A program made the translations under genes and the position numbers. Shown here piece by piece: positions 27,701 to 37,188 of a DNA stretch of 64,000 nt. A model generated the notes under the pieces. The model was not told where the DNA came from, did no database searches, and saw only the letters and a list, made by a program, of their open reading frames with translations. Positions within the stretch are counted from its first letter, which is position 1, and each line of letters opens with the position of its first letter. The stretch is from Candidatus Dadabacteria bacterium (lineage in GTDB: Bacteria; Desulfobacterota_D; UBA1144; Nemesobacterales; Nemesobacteraceae), in assembly GCA_022822065.1 (NCBI GenBank), contig JAJECI010000008.1, positions 117,254-181,253 on the forward strand. The letters run 5' to 3'.

Positions 27701-28123
27701 ATGTCTTTAAATACAAACGTAAAGGAACTAACGCAATGTCTTAAGGAAGTGAAGAAGGCGCAGGACTCTCTTGATAATCTTCTTGACTTCGTAGACCTCA
27801 TGAAAAACATAAAGGAATCTTTTCCGGGAGATGTGGCGACCCCGGCGGAGAAAGTCAAGGAAATCTCAAGCACCGCGGCGCCCTACATAAAAGAGATAAA
27901 AGCCATTTTTGACGGGGAGCTCAACAAGCTTCCGATAAACGACGAAGAGGTTTACGACGCCGCTAAGAAACTGGTGCTCTACCACGGAGACCACATGCAG
28001 GTTCTAATCTGGGCCGAACAGCAGAAGGCAAACCACGAACCGGACTCCTACTGGTGGAGATACTGGGAAGGTATAACGGGAAACGTAAAAAAAGACATAG
28101 CGGAGCATCAAAAACAGCTCTAG
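27701..28123 (+). CDS. hypothetical protein
   Basis: 140-aa ORF with good coding character. No recognisable motif. Confidence 0.4.
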   Translation: MSLNTNVKELTQCLKEVKKAQDSLDNLLDFVDLMKNIKESFPGDVATPAEKVKEISSTAAPYIKEIKAIFDGELNKLPINDEEVYDAAKKLVLYHGDHMQVLIWAEQQKANHEPDSYWWRYWEGITGNVKKDIAEHQKQL

Positions 28124-28214
28124 GGCTTCGCCCCGGAGGGGGTCGTCCGAAAAACCGCCCGACCATCCGCAAGACCGAAGCTCCGCCAGATGATTCGCAT
28201 CCACCCAAACCAAA

Positions 28215-29252
28215 ATGCAGTTCATAGACGAGGCGAAAATAACCGTTATATCAGGTAACGGCGGCGCCGGATGCGTCAGTTTCAGAAGGGAGAAGTTCGT
28301 CCCCAAGGGAGGCCCCAACGGCGGCGACGGCGGCAAGGGGGGAGACGTGGTGGTGGTCACGGACGCGAACATGTCCTCGCTTCTTGACTACAGGTACAAA
28401 AAAGAATACAGAGCCAAAAACGGCCAGCCCGGAAGGGGCAAGGACCAGCATGGGAAATCAGGTTCCGACCTAATCATCCCCGTTCCCGCGGGAACAGTGA
28501 TAACTTCCTTTGAAGACGGGGAGACGCTTGCCGACCTGACCGAGGATGGCGAGCGCTTTACCGTAGCCAATGGAGGAGGCGGAGGCAGGGGAAACTCAAG
28601 GTTCGTCTCTCCGACTAACAGGGCTCCAAGAGAAGCGGAGAGCGGACGGCCGGGCGTGCGCAGGGAAATAAAGCTCGAACTTAAAGTGCTTGCCGATGTC
28701 GGCATCCTCGGGTTTCCAAACGCAGGAAAATCAACCCTCATATCGAAAATCTCGGCCGCGAGACCCAAAATCTCGGGCTATCCTTTCACCACTCTCGTTC
28801 CCAATCTCGGGGTAGTGAGCTACGGAGACCACCAGTCTTTCGTAATCGCGGATATCCCCGGGATCATCGAGGGAGCCCACAAGGGACTTGGGCTGGGCAT
28901 TCAGTTTCTAAAGCACGTGGAGAGAACCCGCCTTCTGGTTCACATGCTTGATCTTGACCCGATTTCGGGAAGGGACCCCGTAGAAGATTTTGACAAGATC
29001 AACTCGGAGCTGAAGGAGTACTCGGCGAAGCTCGCAGAAAAGCCTCAGCTGGTCGTTCTCAACAAAATCGACATCGCCGAAGCCAGAGAGAGAGGCGAAG
29101 AGACGGCCAAGCGTCTTAAGGAAAGGGACATCGAGACCTTCAGCATATCCGCGGTCACGGGAGAGGGTTCCCAGCAGCTGGTCTACTTAATCGGAGAGAG
29201 GCTCAGCCTGCTTACTGAAGATTCTCGTAATCAATCTCCTTGCGCGGAATAG
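28215..29252 (+). CDS. obg: GTPase Obg
   Basis: N-terminus MQFIDEAKITVISGNGGAGCVSFRREKFVPKGGPNGGDGGKGGDV (Obg fold). G-domain motifs GFPNAGKST and DIPG. Confidence 0.95.
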   Translation: MQFIDEAKITVISGNGGAGCVSFRREKFVPKGGPNGGDGGKGGDVVVVTDANMSSLLDYRYKKEYRAKNGQPGRGKDQHGKSGSDLIIPVPAGTVITSFEDGETLADLTEDGERFTVANGGGGGRGNSRFVSPTNRAPREAESGRPGVRREIKLELKVLADVGILGFPNAGKSTLISKISAARPKISGYPFTTLVPNLGVVSYGDHQSFVIADIPGIIEGAHKGLGLGIQFLKHVERTRLLVHMLDLDPISGRDPVEDFDKINSELKEYSAKLAEKPQLVVLNKIDIAEARERGEETAKRLKERDIETFSISAVTGEGSQQLVYLIGERLSLLTEDSRNQSPCAE

Positions 29253-29634
29253 GCATAAGGGAAGCGTGGTGAAGCGCCATTTTCCACTCTCCTTCCGCAA
29301 GCTCGAATATGTTGGTCGCCTGGGCCAGCACCACGACCCTGCGATCGTCTATTGAGTAAGTCGCTCTCTCGACGCAGTTAAGCCAAGCCGAGTTTTCCTT
29401 CACATCAACAAAGAAATTTGAAATATCAACCCGGTCAAATCCACCCGTCTCGAAAATGGTCTTCCAGCTCTCCCTTATCGCTTCCCATCCGAGGATTATC
29501 GGCCAGCCTGCGTGAACGCATTTGGCCCTGCCGTCGGTAAGCCAGACCTGCTCTATGAGGTTAACATCGTAGCGATTGCGGGCATCGTAGAATTTCCTGT
29601 TCGCCTTTATTACTTTGTCTTCTTCATGACTCAT
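29212..29634 (-). CDS. NTF2-like / SnoaL-like (DUF4440-type) small protein
   Basis: ~140 aa with the ketosteroid-isomerase-like pattern (W..W...F...D). Start is taken at MSHEED. It overlaps the obg 3' end by ~40 nt in convergent orientation. Confidence 0.45.
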   Translation of the reverse strand: MSHEEDKVIKANRKFYDARNRYDVNLIEQVWLTDGRAKCVHAGWPIILGWEAIRESWKTIFETGGFDRVDISNFFVDVKENSAWLNCVERATYSIDDRRVVVLAQATNIFELAEGEWKMALHHASLMPIPRKEIDYENLQ

Positions 29635-29646
29635 GAAAAACAAACC

Positions 29647-30783
29647 TCAGCTTCGCGGGGAACCAATGGCGTGATGAATTTCTTCCAGCACTTCCCCGTC
29701 GGTTTCGGTTTCAAGCAGCCGCTCAAGCTCACCCCGGCAATCCTCTGCCCCCAGTCTCCAGAGCGCCCAGACCGCGTGAGCTCTTACGATCGGCTCATCA
29801 TCCCCGAGAAGGCTCCTTGCGTATTTTATATACTCCTTATTTCCCGAATTTCCAACAGCCACGAGCACATTTCTCATGAAACCCCTGCGCTTGGCCCTCT
29901 TGACCGGACTCTTTCTGAAAACTTCCCGGAAACCGTCCCCGTCAAGCCCGAGAAGCCATTTGAAATCGGGGCTGAGCAGTTTTTCGCGCGGCCTGAAGTC
30001 CTCCTTGAGAGTAAAAAGGGCGTCGCGGTTCCACGGACACACGTCCTGACACACGTCGCACCCGAAAACATTGTTTTCCACCCCCTCCCTCAGTTCAAGC
30101 GGCATTTTCCCCTTAAGCTCTATCGTGAGGTAGGAGATGCACTTCCTGGCGTCAAGCACGTAGGGCTCCACTATGGCATCGGTGGGGCATGCGTCTATGC
30201 ACCTGGTGCAGGTACCGCAGCGGTCCTCAGCTACCGAGTCGTAGTCAAGTTCCATATCGGTTATCACCTCTCCGAGAAAAAGCCAGGAGCCGACCCGCTG
30301 GTTTATAAGACAGGTGTTTTTGCCCACCCACCCTATTCCAGAGCGGCCCGCGTGCACTTTCTCAAGAACCGGCCCCGTATCCACGTAAGCCCTGACACCG
30401 GCTTTCTCGGGAAAAAGACCCGTTATGTAGTCGGCCAGCCCGCCGAGCATCTCTCCCATCACGTCGTGGTAATCGTCTCCCCACGCGTACCTCGATATCC
30501 AGCCGCCACCCGAAGCTTCCGTCGAGCGTGGATTCTCCGTATTGTAGTTAACGGCGCAGGAAACGACCGACCTGGCGCCTGGGAGAACCCTCTCCACTTC
30601 CTTTCTCTTAAGAAGCCCTCTCTCAAGATAGTTCATCTCCCCCGCGTAACCCCGCCCGAGCCAGCGCTCAAAAAGATCCGCTTCCGCGTAATGGCTCTCG
30701 GCTGGGCTTATCCCCACAAGGTCAAAGCCCATGGCAAGCGCGTGATTCTTTATAAGCATCGAGAGTCGCGTAGTTTCTTTCAT
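29647..30783 (-). CDS. queG: epoxyqueuosine reductase QueG
   Basis: Two 4Fe-4S motifs (CGTCTRCIDACP, CDVCQDVCP), a cobalamin-binding N-domain and C-terminal HEAT-like repeats. Size is 378 aa. Confidence 0.85.
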   Translation of the reverse strand: MKETTRLSMLIKNHALAMGFDLVGISPAESHYAEADLFERWLGRGYAGEMNYLERGLLKRKEVERVLPGARSVVSCAVNYNTENPRSTEASGGGWISRYAWGDDYHDVMGEMLGGLADYITGLFPEKAGVRAYVDTGPVLEKVHAGRSGIGWVGKNTCLINQRVGSWLFLGEVITDMELDYDSVAEDRCGTCTRCIDACPTDAIVEPYVLDARKCISYLTIELKGKMPLELREGVENNVFGCDVCQDVCPWNRDALFTLKEDFRPREKLLSPDFKWLLGLDGDGFREVFRKSPVKRAKRRGFMRNVLVAVGNSGNKEYIKYARSLLGDDEPIVRAHAVWALWRLGAEDCRGELERLLETETDGEVLEEIHHAIGSPRS

Positions 30784-30789
30784 AAAAAT

Positions 30790-31293
30790 CTACCCCCGGC
30801 CTCCCCTTTTCGAGTTAACGATCAGGTTTCCAAGCTCCGTGAAAACCGCTTCTCCATCAAAGTTCGATACGTAGCTCGAAACCATTTTGAGGTCAAGCGG
30901 AGCGGAGCTTGGCGCTACGGAGAAAACCCCGGAGAGAAAAAAATCAATGTCAGAGAGCTCAGAGCCCAGCAGCACGCAGTCCTTTTTCCCCGCCCTGTCG
31001 AGAACGCAAGCGCGGTCATCGGTTATGCGGTGACCGTTTTCTTCGATCAGGTCCCCGAACCCGTTTGTTGAGGCGAATTCTCCGCTACCGGAACCGTAAA
31101 AGACGATCTCCGCTCCAAGCGAACGAAATTCCCGAAGAAGCTCGGGCGGAGACAAGTTCTCGGGAATCCCGAGGTCGCCGGTTGAGGCGCAGTCAAACAC
31201 CGCGACGTTCACCAGGAGGCAAGTGGACTCGCGGAACATCTTTTCCATGTCCGTCCTTATCCTTGTCAGAACATCCGTGCGGCGTTTTCGCAA
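30790..31293 (-). CDS. hypothetical protein, co-directional with and immediately upstream of queG
   Basis: 167-aa ORF 6 nt upstream of queG. No Walker or other recognisable motif. Confidence 0.4.
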   Translation of the reverse strand: MRKRRTDVLTRIRTDMEKMFRESTCLLVNVAVFDCASTGDLGIPENLSPPELLREFRSLGAEIVFYGSGSGEFASTNGFGDLIEENGHRITDDRACVLDRAGKKDCVLLGSELSDIDFFLSGVFSVAPSSAPLDLKMVSSYVSNFDGEAVFTELGNLIVNSKRGGRG

Positions 31294-31338
31294 TTTACCC
31301 TAACTCCCGGAACTGCCTTAAGTATAATTGTCACGATA

Positions 31339-32055
31339 ATGATACCGATTAGAAGCACAATAAAAACCGAAATCGTCCCCTATGTGAATTACGCGCTTCT
31401 CGCCGCAAACTTGGCGGTTTTCGCGTATACCCTTTCTCTGACGGGGGGGACGCTTGAGATGTTCTACCAGACACACGGTATTGTGCCCAGCAAGATAACC
31501 GCCCTTGAAGCCTACGGATTCCTTGGCAGAACGGCAAAATATTTCAGTTCCATGTTCATCCATGAAAACTGGCTTCACCTGGCCGGGAACCTGGTTTTTC
31601 TCTACATATTCGGAAACGCTATCGAGGACCTGCTGGGGCACGCCAGATACCTGCTTTTCTACCTCGTGTGCGGACTGGTAGCCGTATTCATCCATGTGGC
31701 CTTAAACTCCCACTCCGCAATTCCGGTAATAGGAGCAAGCGGGGCGGTCTCCGGAGTCCTGGGCGCGTATATGCTCTTTTTCCCAAGATCAAGGATCCTT
31801 ACGCTCCTCATAGTTCTGGTGTTTGTCTACTTCGTGCGCATAAGGGCTTATCTTTTCATAATTTTCTGGTTTAGCGTTCAGTTTCTGACCGGAATCGGCT
31901 ATATTGGTGACGCGGGAACCGAGGGCCTGTGGGCGCACATGTCGGGATTCGCCTGCGGAGCCATAGCCGGAGGGGGATTTCTTTACACGCGGGGATGGCG
32001 AAGTAAAAAATACAAATCCGGTTACGGACCGGGGTGGTACGGACAAAATGACTAG
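31339..32055 (+). CDS. rhomboid-family intramembrane serine protease
   Basis: Six-TM core with the catalytic Ser motif GASGAVSG and the catalytic His in AHMSGF. Size is 238 aa. Confidence 0.8.
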   Translation: MIPIRSTIKTEIVPYVNYALLAANLAVFAYTLSLTGGTLEMFYQTHGIVPSKITALEAYGFLGRTAKYFSSMFIHENWLHLAGNLVFLYIFGNAIEDLLGHARYLLFYLVCGLVAVFIHVALNSHSAIPVIGASGAVSGVLGAYMLFFPRSRILTLLIVLVFVYFVRIRAYLFIIFWFSVQFLTGIGYIGDAGTEGLWAHMSGFACGAIAGGGFLYTRGWRSKKYKSGYGPGWYGQND

Positions 32056-33295
32056 CAGGAAAATGGATAATCTGGGAATAATAGCGTCCGGAGGGCCCGC
32101 CCCCGGGATAAACGGCGTGATAAGCTCGGCCACCATCGAGGCCACAAACAGGGGGAAGAAAGTAATCGGAATTCTCGACGGGTTTAAGTGGATCTCCATG
32201 GGAGACACCTCGAAAGTCCTGGATCTTGATATCCATAACACTTCAAGGATTCATACAACCGGCGGCTCTATTATCGGAATATCAAGACAAAGTCCCCTCG
32301 CGACTGAGCAAACCTTTAAAAACACGGTTTCCTCGATTGAGAAACTCGGCATAGGAAACCTGATAACCATAGGCGGCGACGGAACAATGTTTCTCGCAAA
32401 AACGCTTTACGAGCACTTCGGGGGAAGATTAAAAATAGCGCACCTGCCCAAAACAATAGACAACAATATCGCCCTTCCCGACTACATATCCACCTTCGGA
32501 TTCGAGACCGCAAGGGATGTCGGGGCAAAGATAATGAATAACATAATGGAAGAGGCTAGAACTACGGGCAGATGGTTTCTGGTCATAACCATGGGCAGGA
32601 GAACGGGTCACCTGGCTCTTGGAATCGGGCAGTCTGCGGGAGCCACGATAACGATAATCCCCGAGGATTTCGAAGAGGAAAAAGTGCCGCTTGAGAAGGT
32701 CGTAGCCATTCTCGAGGGTTCCATAATAAAAAGAATGAGCATGGGGAGGGAATACGGAGTGGCCATACTCGCCGAAGGGATGCTTGACAAGATAGACCCC
32801 GTTGACTTGGGGCTCATGGACAAAGACGGCATGGGAAGAATAAGATACGTTGACGTTAACTTCGGTCAGCTTCTGAAAAAGGCTCTTGGCGAAAAACTGT
32901 CCGAAAAAGGAGTCGAAGCGGAGCTGGTGCACAAGAGGCTTGGCTATGAATTGCGCTCGGCCAATCCGATTCCGTTTGACGTCGATTATACGCGAAAGCT
33001 CGGCTACTGTGCCGTAAAGTACCTGCTCGGCGGAGAGGCAGTCGGGGCTCTTGTATACGTAAGAACGGGGAAGATACAGGCGATCCCGTTTCAGGAACTA
33101 ATAGATAAAAAGACAAACAGCATTAAAGTGAGATATATGGACAGGAACACCGAAGCCTACGAGGTTTCGCAGAAGTACATGATCAAGCTAAGACCCGAGG
33201 ACGTCGAAACGCCCGCGACCCTTAAAAAACTCTCAGAGCAGACCAGTCTCAGCGGCAGCGAATTCAAGGAGTACTTCGCTAAAATCTTCCGCTGA
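32048..33295 (+). CDS. pfk: 6-phosphofructokinase (ATP- or PPi-dependent)
   Basis: IASGGPAPGINGVI, IGGDGT and MGRRTG phosphofructokinase motifs. Size is 415 aa. Confidence 0.85.
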   Translation: MTSRKMDNLGIIASGGPAPGINGVISSATIEATNRGKKVIGILDGFKWISMGDTSKVLDLDIHNTSRIHTTGGSIIGISRQSPLATEQTFKNTVSSIEKLGIGNLITIGGDGTMFLAKTLYEHFGGRLKIAHLPKTIDNNIALPDYISTFGFETARDVGAKIMNNIMEEARTTGRWFLVITMGRRTGHLALGIGQSAGATITIIPEDFEEEKVPLEKVVAILEGSIIKRMSMGREYGVAILAEGMLDKIDPVDLGLMDKDGMGRIRYVDVNFGQLLKKALGEKLSEKGVEAELVHKRLGYELRSANPIPFDVDYTRKLGYCAVKYLLGGEAVGALVYVRTGKIQAIPFQELIDKKTNSIKVRYMDRNTEAYEVSQKYMIKLRPEDVETPATLKKLSEQTSLSGSEFKEYFAKIFR

Positions 33296-33379
33296 CGCCG
33301 CACGCTACGTTCGTTTCCAACGCGAGCAGCTTCTCCACGAAACCGACGGGACGCAAGTCGGAATAAAGGCCAACTAACA

Positions 33380-35074
33380 TCAGTCCTTTATGTGATGTTT
33401 TTCGTGAACCGGTTTTATCAGAAGATTGCTTATCAAAGCGATTATTAATAACGCCGCCATCACATACATCGTCGAGTTGTACAGGGAAGCCGTCGGGTCT
33501 ACCGTCCCCTCGGGCGCGATATCCATGAGCTTCGCGAGCGTTACGGTCTTATTCTGCACGAGTATCTCGAGATCGTTAATTCCGGCTCCGAAAGTCTTAG
33601 TGAATTCATGCGGCGATACCTTTTCGGCGAGGTGGCGGATTTCGGCCATAAGCGAACGGTCTCTAAGCGAGGTGACCGCCAAGGGACCGAGCACGCCGGC
33701 GACGCTCCAAGCGGTCAGCAAACGTCCATAGATGCCGCCTACGTAACGGGTACCAAACAGGTCGGCAAGATATGCCGGGACGGTGGCGAAGACGCCCCCG
33801 TAGAAAGTAAAGATTATCATCGTCGCCGCATAGAACATTAACAGCCAGAGGATCGAAGGATTAAGATTCACTTGGTGGGCGGCCACAGGAATGGACAAAT
33901 ACAGCAAAAGACCGACCGCGCAAAATATCGAACACGTATTGCGTCGCCCCAGCTTATCGGAGGCGCTCGCCCACATAATGCGCCCCAGCATGTTGAACAT
34001 GCCGATCATAAAGACGTAAGTGGCGGCAAAGGTGACGTCAACAATACCCGGGAGCGTGTTGCTGAATATCTCGGTCATCATTGTCTTGGCGACAGAGATA
34101 ATCCCGATGCCGGCCGTAACGTTAAGGCACAGCACGACCCACACCTGGTAGAACTGAGGCGTTCTCAGCGCCTGATCCATATGCACATCTTTCTGACTGA
34201 TCATCCGCCTGCCAGAATCCTCGCCGGCCGGCGGCTCCCATCCTCGCGGTTTATACTCCGGAACCGGGACACGATACAGAAACGCCGAGACCATTATCAC
34301 AAGGAAATAAACCACTCCGAAGAGAAGAAAGGTCTGGGCGACCCCCGCGGAACCGGTGCCAACCACGTACACCCCGGCCGCTTCGGTTCCGGGCGCCAGC
34401 ACATGTGCCGCCTCGGCAGCCCCCGCGACAACAACCTCTTTTAGCTGACCGCCGACTTCAACAAAGCGTCGGCCCGAACGAGTGATCATATCGACGGCAT
34501 CAACCGTCCCCAGGTATTGAGGCGCCTTGTAGAAGTACTGGAGGAGAAATTCCTTGAGCGGCACCGCGATCATCGCCCCACCGCCGAAGCCCATGATCGC
34601 CATTCCGGCAGCCAGGCCGCGTCGGTCCGGAAACCAGCGAATTAAGTTGCTGACCGGAGATACATAACCAAAACCCAGACCGATACCGCCGATTACGCCG
34701 TAACCCAGATAAATCAGCCACAGCTGATGCAGAGTAACACCGAGGCTGCTGAGCATGTAGCCCCCACCCCAGAAACACGCTGCCATCACGCCGACCATGC
34801 GTGGTCCCACCTTCTCAACCCATTTGCCGGCAAACGCCGCCGTAAGCCCGGTGAACGCGATAGCGACGCTGAATATCCACACCACCTGGCGCAGAGTCCA
34901 GTCGTCCGCCGCGCTAGTGGCGACGCCAAGCACCTCAATTAACGCGGGATTATATATGCTCCAGGCGTAAACGGAACCAATGCACAGGTGAACCGCAACA
35001 GACGGAGGTACAACCAGCCAGCGGTTGAATTCCGGACCTCTAACGATACGTTCCTTTGATAAAAGACTCGCCAT
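33380..35074 (-). CDS. MFS transporter, oxalate:formate antiporter (OFA)-like family
   Basis: 12-TM MFS topology with a long central loop. Start is moved to MASLLSKER (35074) so the gene does not overlap tRNA-Thr. Confidence 0.7.
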   Translation of the reverse strand: MASLLSKERIVRGPEFNRWLVVPPSVAVHLCIGSVYAWSIYNPALIEVLGVATSAADDWTLRQVVWIFSVAIAFTGLTAAFAGKWVEKVGPRMVGVMAACFWGGGYMLSSLGVTLHQLWLIYLGYGVIGGIGLGFGYVSPVSNLIRWFPDRRGLAAGMAIMGFGGGAMIAVPLKEFLLQYFYKAPQYLGTVDAVDMITRSGRRFVEVGGQLKEVVVAGAAEAAHVLAPGTEAAGVYVVGTGSAGVAQTFLLFGVVYFLVIMVSAFLYRVPVPEYKPRGWEPPAGEDSGRRMISQKDVHMDQALRTPQFYQVWVVLCLNVTAGIGIISVAKTMMTEIFSNTLPGIVDVTFAATYVFMIGMFNMLGRIMWASASDKLGRRNTCSIFCAVGLLLYLSIPVAAHQVNLNPSILWLLMFYAATMIIFTFYGGVFATVPAYLADLFGTRYVGGIYGRLLTAWSVAGVLGPLAVTSLRDRSLMAEIRHLAEKVSPHEFTKTFGAGINDLEILVQNKTVTLAKLMDIAPEGTVDPTASLYNSTMYVMAALLIIALISNLLIKPVHEKHHIKD

Positions 35075-35122
35075 TGGCTGTATCACGCGGTTAGTCGCCG
35101 AGGGGGAACTGAAGTTACATAC

Positions 35123-35194
35123 AGCCGACGAGGGGATTCGAACCCCTGACCTGCTCATTACGAGTGAGCTGCTCTACCACTGAGCTACATCGGC
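35123..35194 (-). tRNA. tRNA-Thr (anticodon CGT)
   Basis: Reverse-complement cloverleaf. Acceptor gccgatg/cgtcggc, D-arm gctc-agtggt-agagc, anticodon stem gctca/tgagc with loop ctCGTaa, T-arm agggg-ttcgaat-cccct. Confidence 0.85.
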
Positions 35195-35370
35195 AGTAAT
35201 CATCCGGTTAATTATGACACAGGAAAAAATTTTGTGAATATGCGTTGTTAATAGCTACAACCGTTAGTGCAGATTTCCTTGCAATCTGACCTTGTTTGCG
35301 GTTGAATTTAGGAATAACCGATCATACGTTACGATATCAGTAGAGTAAAAACACAGGAGATAATATCAGG

Positions 35371-36822
35371 ATGAAATTCAGGATACACGAAATGTTATTG
35401 AGTCTGTTTTTTATACTGGCGTTTTGTTTTTCGTTCAGCACTGAAGCGTCGGCCCATGAGTACACCGATTCCGACGGAAACGTTTATACACACAGTGAAG
35501 ACATCAACATAAGCGCGGCGGACGTCGACCCTACAAATGAAGCTCAAATGAAGAAGTTCGTCCGTCATCTGGCCAAGCATACGGACCTCATTAATAGCCA
35601 GGACAAGCTCAACGAAACGAAACTGGAGAAATCAAGGGAGATCGTAATATTCGGAAGACGAGCCAGGGAAAGAGCCGGAGAAGGAGAAACCCCTAACGTC
35701 CTCAATCACGGTGATGTCTATAGAATCCTGACCTTAAACTTAATAGATGCTGTAGGGAATCACGGGCTGTATCCAGATCTCTACGGCCGCAAATATGATT
35801 CTTCCCAAGATCCGCTGAAAACTTTACTCGGCGATGACGTCCCCGAATTCTCGGACACCGTTGTTCCGCTGTGCAAAAGGTATGGCGAAGAGAACAGGGT
35901 GGCCTGCGCGGTCAGACAAGAGATCCCCGCGGGGCCGGTAACGACCATGGCGGGCTTTCATCACGCGGAAGACGATCCCGTTGTGCTAGCTCCCGACTGT
36001 TCTGATTTCATTCCTCCGGTTACGGCCGAAGAGGTCGAGAACGAAACAGATCTCGATAAGAAGAGAGAACTTCTTAGACAGTACGTAAAAGGCGTTATTA
36101 AGATCACCAATAAGATATTTGTAGATGCGGCGAAGATGTTTTTTGCAGATACGGGGGCGGAAGCACCCCTGACAGAACTACAACTAATAAGAAGACTACA
36201 AGCAGAAGCTGGTGCAAGGTTCTTCCCAAAAGCGCCTTGTTTTAGGTCACCTGATTTACGTCACGGTTCCATATACTCTTTCATTATGGACCCGATACGT
36301 GGAGTTTCATTTATGAACCCGAACGATCATAACCTAAACGGTCTAAGCGTTTCGCTAAATGACCCGGACCCGGTTCCGTATGACGATCAAGGGAATATTG
36401 AACCAAATGTCCTGGTCGCTTTTCAGAGGGTACTGACAAACACTCCACCACCAGATCCCCCCAACCCGAATAGCATAAAACATGGAGACTCAGGCTTCGT
36501 CACATATCACTGGGCCCATCCCACAAAAACAGAGCTTAACATCCCTGACTATCTCGACCGCGACGTGGTTCCCGGCAGAGCGATCAAGGAAAGCTATATC
36601 GAGGTAGCGGACCTATTCGATGGCGCTGATCCTCCGCCGCTTCCGTTGCCTGTCCCCTTCGTGTTTGGTTCCGGATTCTACCCGCCAGAAATGATGGCGG
36701 AAGAAGGCGATGACGGGTGTTCCATCGCCGCAACCGGCAATACGTCTCAAAGCGCTTTGCTTAATCTTTTCCTGATAGCATCCGTTTTATTCTCAGCCGT
36801 TATCCTGAAAAAGCGCGTTTAG
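35371..36822 (+). CDS. secreted acidic protein, family member 1, with a C-terminal Cys-containing sorting-like tail
   Basis: Signal peptide MKFRIHEMLLSLFFILAFCFSFSTEASA|HE with an AGGAG Shine-Dalgarno. C-terminus GDDGCSIAATGNTSQSALLNLFLIASVLFSAVILKKRV, which is motif, then TM helix, then basic residues. Closely paralogous to 37012..38409. Confidence 0.6.
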   Translation: MKFRIHEMLLSLFFILAFCFSFSTEASAHEYTDSDGNVYTHSEDINISAADVDPTNEAQMKKFVRHLAKHTDLINSQDKLNETKLEKSREIVIFGRRARERAGEGETPNVLNHGDVYRILTLNLIDAVGNHGLYPDLYGRKYDSSQDPLKTLLGDDVPEFSDTVVPLCKRYGEENRVACAVRQEIPAGPVTTMAGFHHAEDDPVVLAPDCSDFIPPVTAEEVENETDLDKKRELLRQYVKGVIKITNKIFVDAAKMFFADTGAEAPLTELQLIRRLQAEAGARFFPKAPCFRSPDLRHGSIYSFIMDPIRGVSFMNPNDHNLNGLSVSLNDPDPVPYDDQGNIEPNVLVAFQRVLTNTPPPDPPNPNSIKHGDSGFVTYHWAHPTKTELNIPDYLDRDVVPGRAIKESYIEVADLFDGADPPPLPLPVPFVFGSGFYPPEMMAEEGDDGCSIAATGNTSQSALLNLFLIASVLFSAVILKKRV

Positions 36823-37188
36823 GCGGAGGAAAATATTTTTTCGCGACTAATCCAGAGAGGAAAGGTTTGAGTAATTCTATTCACCCGAGCCGTATGGAGC
36901 TTTCACAGCCTGCGATGTTCGGTTGACGTCGGTAATCCTGTCAACCTAGAAAAATAATGTAGCAAGTAACTAGTTATAGGGGTAATTACCAAATATTGGA
37001 GGTAATATCAGGTGAAGTTCAGAGCACATGGAATGTTGTTGAGTTTGTTTTTTATGCTGGCGTTTTGTTTTTAGTTAAGCACTGAATCGTCGGCCCAAGA
37101 GTACACCGATTCCGACGGAAATATTTATACACACAGTGAAGACATCAACATAAGCGCGGCGGACGTCGATCCTGCGGATGAAGCTCAA

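Noticed and set aside
29512-31071. 519-aa plus-strand ORF
   Set aside because: It lies entirely antisense to queG and the upstream hypothetical gene. QueG has unambiguous Fe-S and cobalamin-domain motifs on the minus strand. The plus-strand translation is Pro/Arg/Val-rich shadow-ORF sequence.
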